Assembly: GCA_965222375.1 (NCBI GenBank)
Contig: CBDCTZ010000014.1
Location: forward strand, 128,001-192,000
Origin: Polyangiaceae bacterium
GTDB lineage: Bacteria; Myxococcota_A; Polyangia; Polyangiales; Polyangiaceae
DNA: 64,000 nucleotides
Direction: 5' to 3'
Part shown: positions 59,192-64,000 of the stretch, one piece after another
Layout: each line of letters opens with the position of its first letter
Numbering within the stretch: the stretch's first letter is position 1
The notes under the pieces: model-generated
Databases searched by the model: none
What the model was told of the DNA's origin: nothing
What the model saw: the letters and a program-made list of their open reading frames with translations, nothing else
Program-made: the position numbers and the translations under genes

Positions 59192-60195
59192 GCGAAGCGT
59201 CCACAAGCGAACATAGCGCTGCGTCGGCAGCCACTTCCGCCAACGATGGTGGTCATGGTCACGGTCACGGTGGCTCCGGGCATGGTCACGGTCATCGGGG
59301 CACGCCAACTCGGGTTCTGACCGTTGCCTTGGGGCTGACGGCGACCTTCATGGTGGTCGAAGCCGTGGGCGGCTGGATGACGGGCAGTTTGGCGCTGCTC
59401 GCAGACGCCGGGCACATGTTGGCGGATGCGGGCGCCTTGGCGCTGGCGCTGGTTGCGCAGCGTTTCGCCGCGCGTCCGCGCACTCAACACACGACCTTTG
59501 GGCTGCGCCGTGCGGAAGTCCTTGCGGCTTTTGTCAACGGGATCGCCCTGGCCGTGACGGCGCTCTTCATCGTAAAGGAAGCGGTCGAGCGCTGGATGGA
59601 GCCTCGCGAGATCCATGCGCCCGGCATGCTTGCGGTTGCGGCCGTGGGCCTCGGCATCAACTTGGTGGTGGCGAGCATTCTGATGCGCGCGCAGAAAGAC
59701 AGCGTCAATGTGCGTGCCGCGTTTGTTCACGTGGCGATGGATGCTCTGGGATCCGTTGCTGCGATCATCGCGGGCCTGTGCGTATTGTTCTTCGACTACA
59801 CTCGGGCCGATCCGGCGCTGAGTGTGTTGATTGCCGGTCTGGTCGCCTACAGCGGCTGGCGCGTGATTCGTGAGACGACCGCCATCTTGCTCGAAGCGAC
59901 TCCCAGCCATCTGGACGTGATGGCGATTGAGAAAGTGATTCGGGATTGCCAGGGCGTCCGTGACCTTCATGACTTGCACGTTTGGCGAATTACCGACCAA
60001 TTCGACGCTCTGACGGTGCACGTGACTCTGGAGCGTGGGGCCCACGGGGTGGAGGTTTGCGCGGCGATTCGGGAACGGCTGCAGGACGCATTTGGCCTGA
60101 CCCACGTGACCGTGCAGCCCGAGGCGGCGCCGCCGGATGCGGTCGTCGCGGTCCGCTCGAGTCGGGATGGCGCGCCCATCCGCCACGCCGGCTGA
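59188..60195 (+). CDS. czcD: Cation diffusion facilitator (CzcD/ZitB-like)
   Basis: His-rich N-terminus, SLALLADAGHMLAD, NVRAAFVHV, HDLHVW, HVTVQPE. Confidence 0.92.
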   Translation: MSEASTSEHSAASAATSANDGGHGHGHGGSGHGHGHRGTPTRVLTVALGLTATFMVVEAVGGWMTGSLALLADAGHMLADAGALALALVAQRFAARPRTQHTTFGLRRAEVLAAFVNGIALAVTALFIVKEAVERWMEPREIHAPGMLAVAAVGLGINLVVASILMRAQKDSVNVRAAFVHVAMDALGSVAAIIAGLCVLFFDYTRADPALSVLIAGLVAYSGWRVIRETTAILLEATPSHLDVMAIEKVIRDCQGVRDLHDLHVWRITDQFDALTVHVTLERGAHGVEVCAAIRERLQDAFGLTHVTVQPEAAPPDAVVAVRSSRDGAPIRHAG

Positions 60196-60225
60196 CAGAC
60201 GGCTAGTCTGGCTGAACGTATCTGG

Positions 60226-60714
60226 GTGTGGGCCTTCCGCGCGCGCGTGTGGCATGATTCCGCTGTGCGCAGCTTCCTTTGGGGCTTCGGCCTAGTTTTT
60301 CTCGGTTGCAGCGTGTTCCCGGATTCGGCGCCGGAGCTCGATGGTCGCGCCGGGGCGGGTGCGACCGGGGGATCTGCGGGGAGCGGCGCGGGAGGCACTG
60401 CGGGCGTATCGGGTGCGAGTGGCACGGGGGGTACATCGGGCGGTGGCGCGGGGGGCACGTCGGGCGGCAGTGGAGCGGGGGGCACGTCGGGTGCCAGTGG
60501 CACGGGAGGCGGAACATCTGGAGCGTCGGGCTCAGGTGGGACGCCGGACGATGGCGGTGCGTGCTCCAACGGTAGCAAGGATGGTCTGGAGACCGATATC
60601 GACTGCGGCGGTGGGGTTTGCCCTCAGTGCCCGAACGGGAAGGCTTGCCTGACCGGCAGCGACTGCATCCACAAGTGCGTGTCCAAGAAGTGCTGTAACA
60701 ACAACTGCCAATAG
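60226..60714 (+). CDS. Gly-rich/Cys-rich lipoprotein
   Basis: FLGC lipobox, GTGGTSGG linker, CSNGSKDGLETDIDCGG..C motif; start uncertain. Confidence 0.7.
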   Translation: MWAFRARVWHDSAVRSFLWGFGLVFLGCSVFPDSAPELDGRAGAGATGGSAGSGAGGTAGVSGASGTGGTSGGGAGGTSGGSGAGGTSGASGTGGGTSGASGSGGTPDDGGACSNGSKDGLETDIDCGGGVCPQCPNGKACLTGSDCIHKCVSKKCCNNNCQ

Positions 60715-60788
60715 CCCGACCGACACGGCTCGAAGGCCACATACGCCGTTCCCCTGGCGGCAGCCGCCGCGGGTGGAGCCGTGTCACA

Positions 60789-60912
60789 CGGGAGGAGACT
60801 GCTGAGACGGCGCCACGCAGGAGGAGACTGATCGAGCCTGGTCGAGGTGGCGCCAAGCGGGAGGAGACCGGTCGAGGTGGACGAGACGGCGCTAAACGGG
60901 AGGAGACTGCTG
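60789..60912 (+). repeat. Four degenerate intergenic repeats each headed by GGAGGAGAC
   Basis: Motif at 60791, 60820, 60860 and 60899. Confidence 0.7.
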
Positions 60913-61058
60913 AAGGCCAGTCGGGACGGCGCGCCCATCCGTCGCGCTGGCTCGGAGGGCCGAGAAAATCCGGGATTTTTCGGGCGTGGGGCGCCCGCTG
61001 CCCGGGCGGTTTGGCTCGGCGCCCACCGTCGACTTCCTCGTGATACCGTTGTCGCGAC

Positions 61059-61460
61059 ATGGTCTCGAACGAGGATGATCTTCAGGCATTTTTGATACGG
61101 CTCGACCGCCACTTCGAACGCGCCGACGACGGCACGTTCCTGGTCAGCATGGGCGGCGGCCAGGCACCGGTTGCGGTCCGGCTGGCTCCTCCCGTCCTGG
61201 TAGCCCAGGTGGAAGTGGGGCCGGCCCCGAAAGGCGATAGCGGTCTGGAAGCCAAGGTCTTTCGCTTGCTGCTCGAAAAGAATGCTTCCGATCTCGTGCA
61301 CGCCGCCTACGCCCTGGAAGGGGACACCATCGCGCTTGCGGCGGCTCTGGAGCTCGAGAGTTTGGACATGAACGAGCTGGAGGCTGTCTTTGCGGACATG
61401 GGGCTCGCCCTGTCCGAGCACGTGCCCGCGTTGAAGGGCTTGATCGACAAGAAGGGCTGA
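61059..61460 (+). CDS. YbjN/CesT-like chaperone-fold protein
   Basis: 133-aa acidic protein, VFRLLLEKNASDLVHAAYAL. Confidence 0.7.
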   Translation: MVSNEDDLQAFLIRLDRHFERADDGTFLVSMGGGQAPVAVRLAPPVLVAQVEVGPAPKGDSGLEAKVFRLLLEKNASDLVHAAYALEGDTIALAAALELESLDMNELEAVFADMGLALSEHVPALKGLIDKKG

Positions 61461-61495
61461 GCAGCCAGTCACCGATATGGATCTGAGATAAGAAG

Positions 61496-62319
<824 letters not shown>

Positions 62320-62323
<4 letters not shown>

Positions 62324-64000
62324 CACGCCGCGCGGGAGCGAAGGGGATCCTTGCGGCGGGCACGCTCATGTGGTGCGTGGGCTCTGCGGAGGCGGCTGGT
62401 AAGTCGCTGGACGCCATGCCGCTGGGTGGCGGCAAGGTGCGCGTCGACGGGCTGCTCAAAGAGTGGCGCGGCCGCATGACTCGGCTGAGTTTCACGGTGA
62501 AGGGCCCGCCGACCCGCGTGGAGGGCATGGTCGGCTACGACTCCCGCTACGTGTACGTGGCCATCGACGCTCGCGACAAGAAGATTGCGCGCACCAACGT
62601 GGCCGGCAAAGGTGAAGATCACGCGACCTTGTATCTGGGGTTCCCGAAGGGTCGGGGGCGCGTGGTCACACGGCGAGTCCAGCTATTTCCGGGAGAGCCC
62701 GGCAACGTCGCCGGGGCTGTGAGAGTGGATGGTCGAAAGGTGCCGGGCGCGAAGCTCGTGGAAGCACCGGTCAAAGGCGGCGTCACCTTTGAAGCGCGGG
62801 TGCCCTGGACGGCGTTTCCGGAGGCACGCCGGGTGCGGGTCGGACTGCGCGCGGCGCTGCGCTACACGGACGCTTCGTCTCCAGGTCAGATCAAGTCGAT
62901 CGTGGCGTCGAGCATTTCGACGCGGGGCATGGCGCTGCCACGATTGCCCTTGGAGGCTGAGCAGGGGCTGGACTCGTTGCTCAAGCAGAAGCGGATCTCC
63001 CGCAAGCCGCGACACTTTGCCGCGGGCAACGTCGCCGGTGACGGCATGTTGGAAAACGTCGCCGTCTACGGACGCTTCTTGACCATCGTCGGCCCCAAGT
63101 ACCGCGGTGGGAAGCAGTTCTTTCACGGCGATCTGGCGGCGATCGCGATCCCGCGACTGGAACTCGTCGACTTCGACGGTGACGGTCGCCAGGAAATCGT
63201 GTTGGTGCGACGCATCGGCACCAAGGAAAAGCACCGTGATGTTCTCGAAGTGCGAAAGATCGGCACTCGGGACGTGCCCTACGTGCTGTTCTCCCACGAG
63301 ATTTCCATCGTGACCAAGGACGGCCGGGTCGAAAACGAGTTGAAGATCGAGCGGCGCGGCAAGAAGGCCACGATCACCGTGAAGCAAGGCTCGGCCAATG
63401 GCTTCGAACCGGAATCGTACGCGGAGCCCCGGTCGGGAGACATGCCGCCCACGCTCTTGCCCTGGGAGAGCGTGATCTCGCGCACCTATGCCTGGGATGG
63501 CAGCAAGTTCACCAAAACCGACGAGAAGACCGGCAAGCCCAAGGTGAAGCCCAAGGCAGTGGCCAAAGCTGGCCCGCCACCACCGCCGCCACCGCGCCCC
63601 CCGAGCGCTGACGAGATGCAGGATCGGCTCTACGCCCTGTATCGCAAGGATCGCAAAGTCGGGAAGAAAGCCCCGCGCTTCGACTTCGTGACCAACGTTG
63701 CGGGGGACACCCGGATGGAGCGCGTGGTCATCCACGACAAGGACATCGTGGTGTTCGGCAAGGGTTACCGCGGCGGCCGCAGCTTCGCGTACATCACCGT
63801 GGGCGTCGCGAACACCAAGGACATCTTGGATGCAACCGCGCGGGATCTGACCGGCGACGGCAAGGCCGAAATCATCGTGCGCGGTGTGTTGCACGCCAAG
63901 GCCAGCAAAGAACTGGGCGGCGACGTCGTCGATCGCTACGCGCTGTTCGTGTACAAGGCGACCGAAGGCGGCGTGAAACGGATCTTTGCGGCCGAGACGG
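62320..64000 (+). CDS. Large secreted protein with FG-GAP-like motifs (3'-truncated by the window edge)
   Basis: ATGA overlap with pspA; signal peptide, VRVDGLLKEW, LVDFDGDGRQEIV and DLTGDGKAEIIV; apparently open to the window end. Confidence 0.75.

Overview
GC-rich bacterial chromosome segment, probably Myxococcota (Polyangiaceae-like, inferred from a MYXO-CTERM-tailed protease and Gly/Cys-rich lipoproteins). Bases 1-28.8 kb and 56.3-64 kb are mostly core or metabolic genes: methylmalonyl-CoA mutase, a trans-sulfuration enzyme, proS, a sulfite/nitrite reductase, a CarH-like MerR regulator, pssA, ccsA-hemA-hemC-lpxK, gcvPB, two tRNA-Ser genes, guaB, a CDF transporter and pspA. Between them (~29-56.3 kb) is an accessory, defence-island-like region with several toxin-antitoxin modules and remnants, an ATPase-nuclease, an SNF2 helicase, nucleases and gene fragments. 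Most of it is bracketed by a 69-bp imperfect direct repeat. The main finding is a complete retron operon at 44.1-51.2 kb: a WGR/helical-repeat protein, a SWIM zinc-finger protein, a structured ~260-nt msr-msd ncRNA closed by a 27-bp inverted repeat, and a retron reverse transcriptase fused in-frame to a C-terminal RDD-like membrane domain. A 5 x 23-bp repeat array follows it. All calls come from reading motifs by eye; no searches were run.
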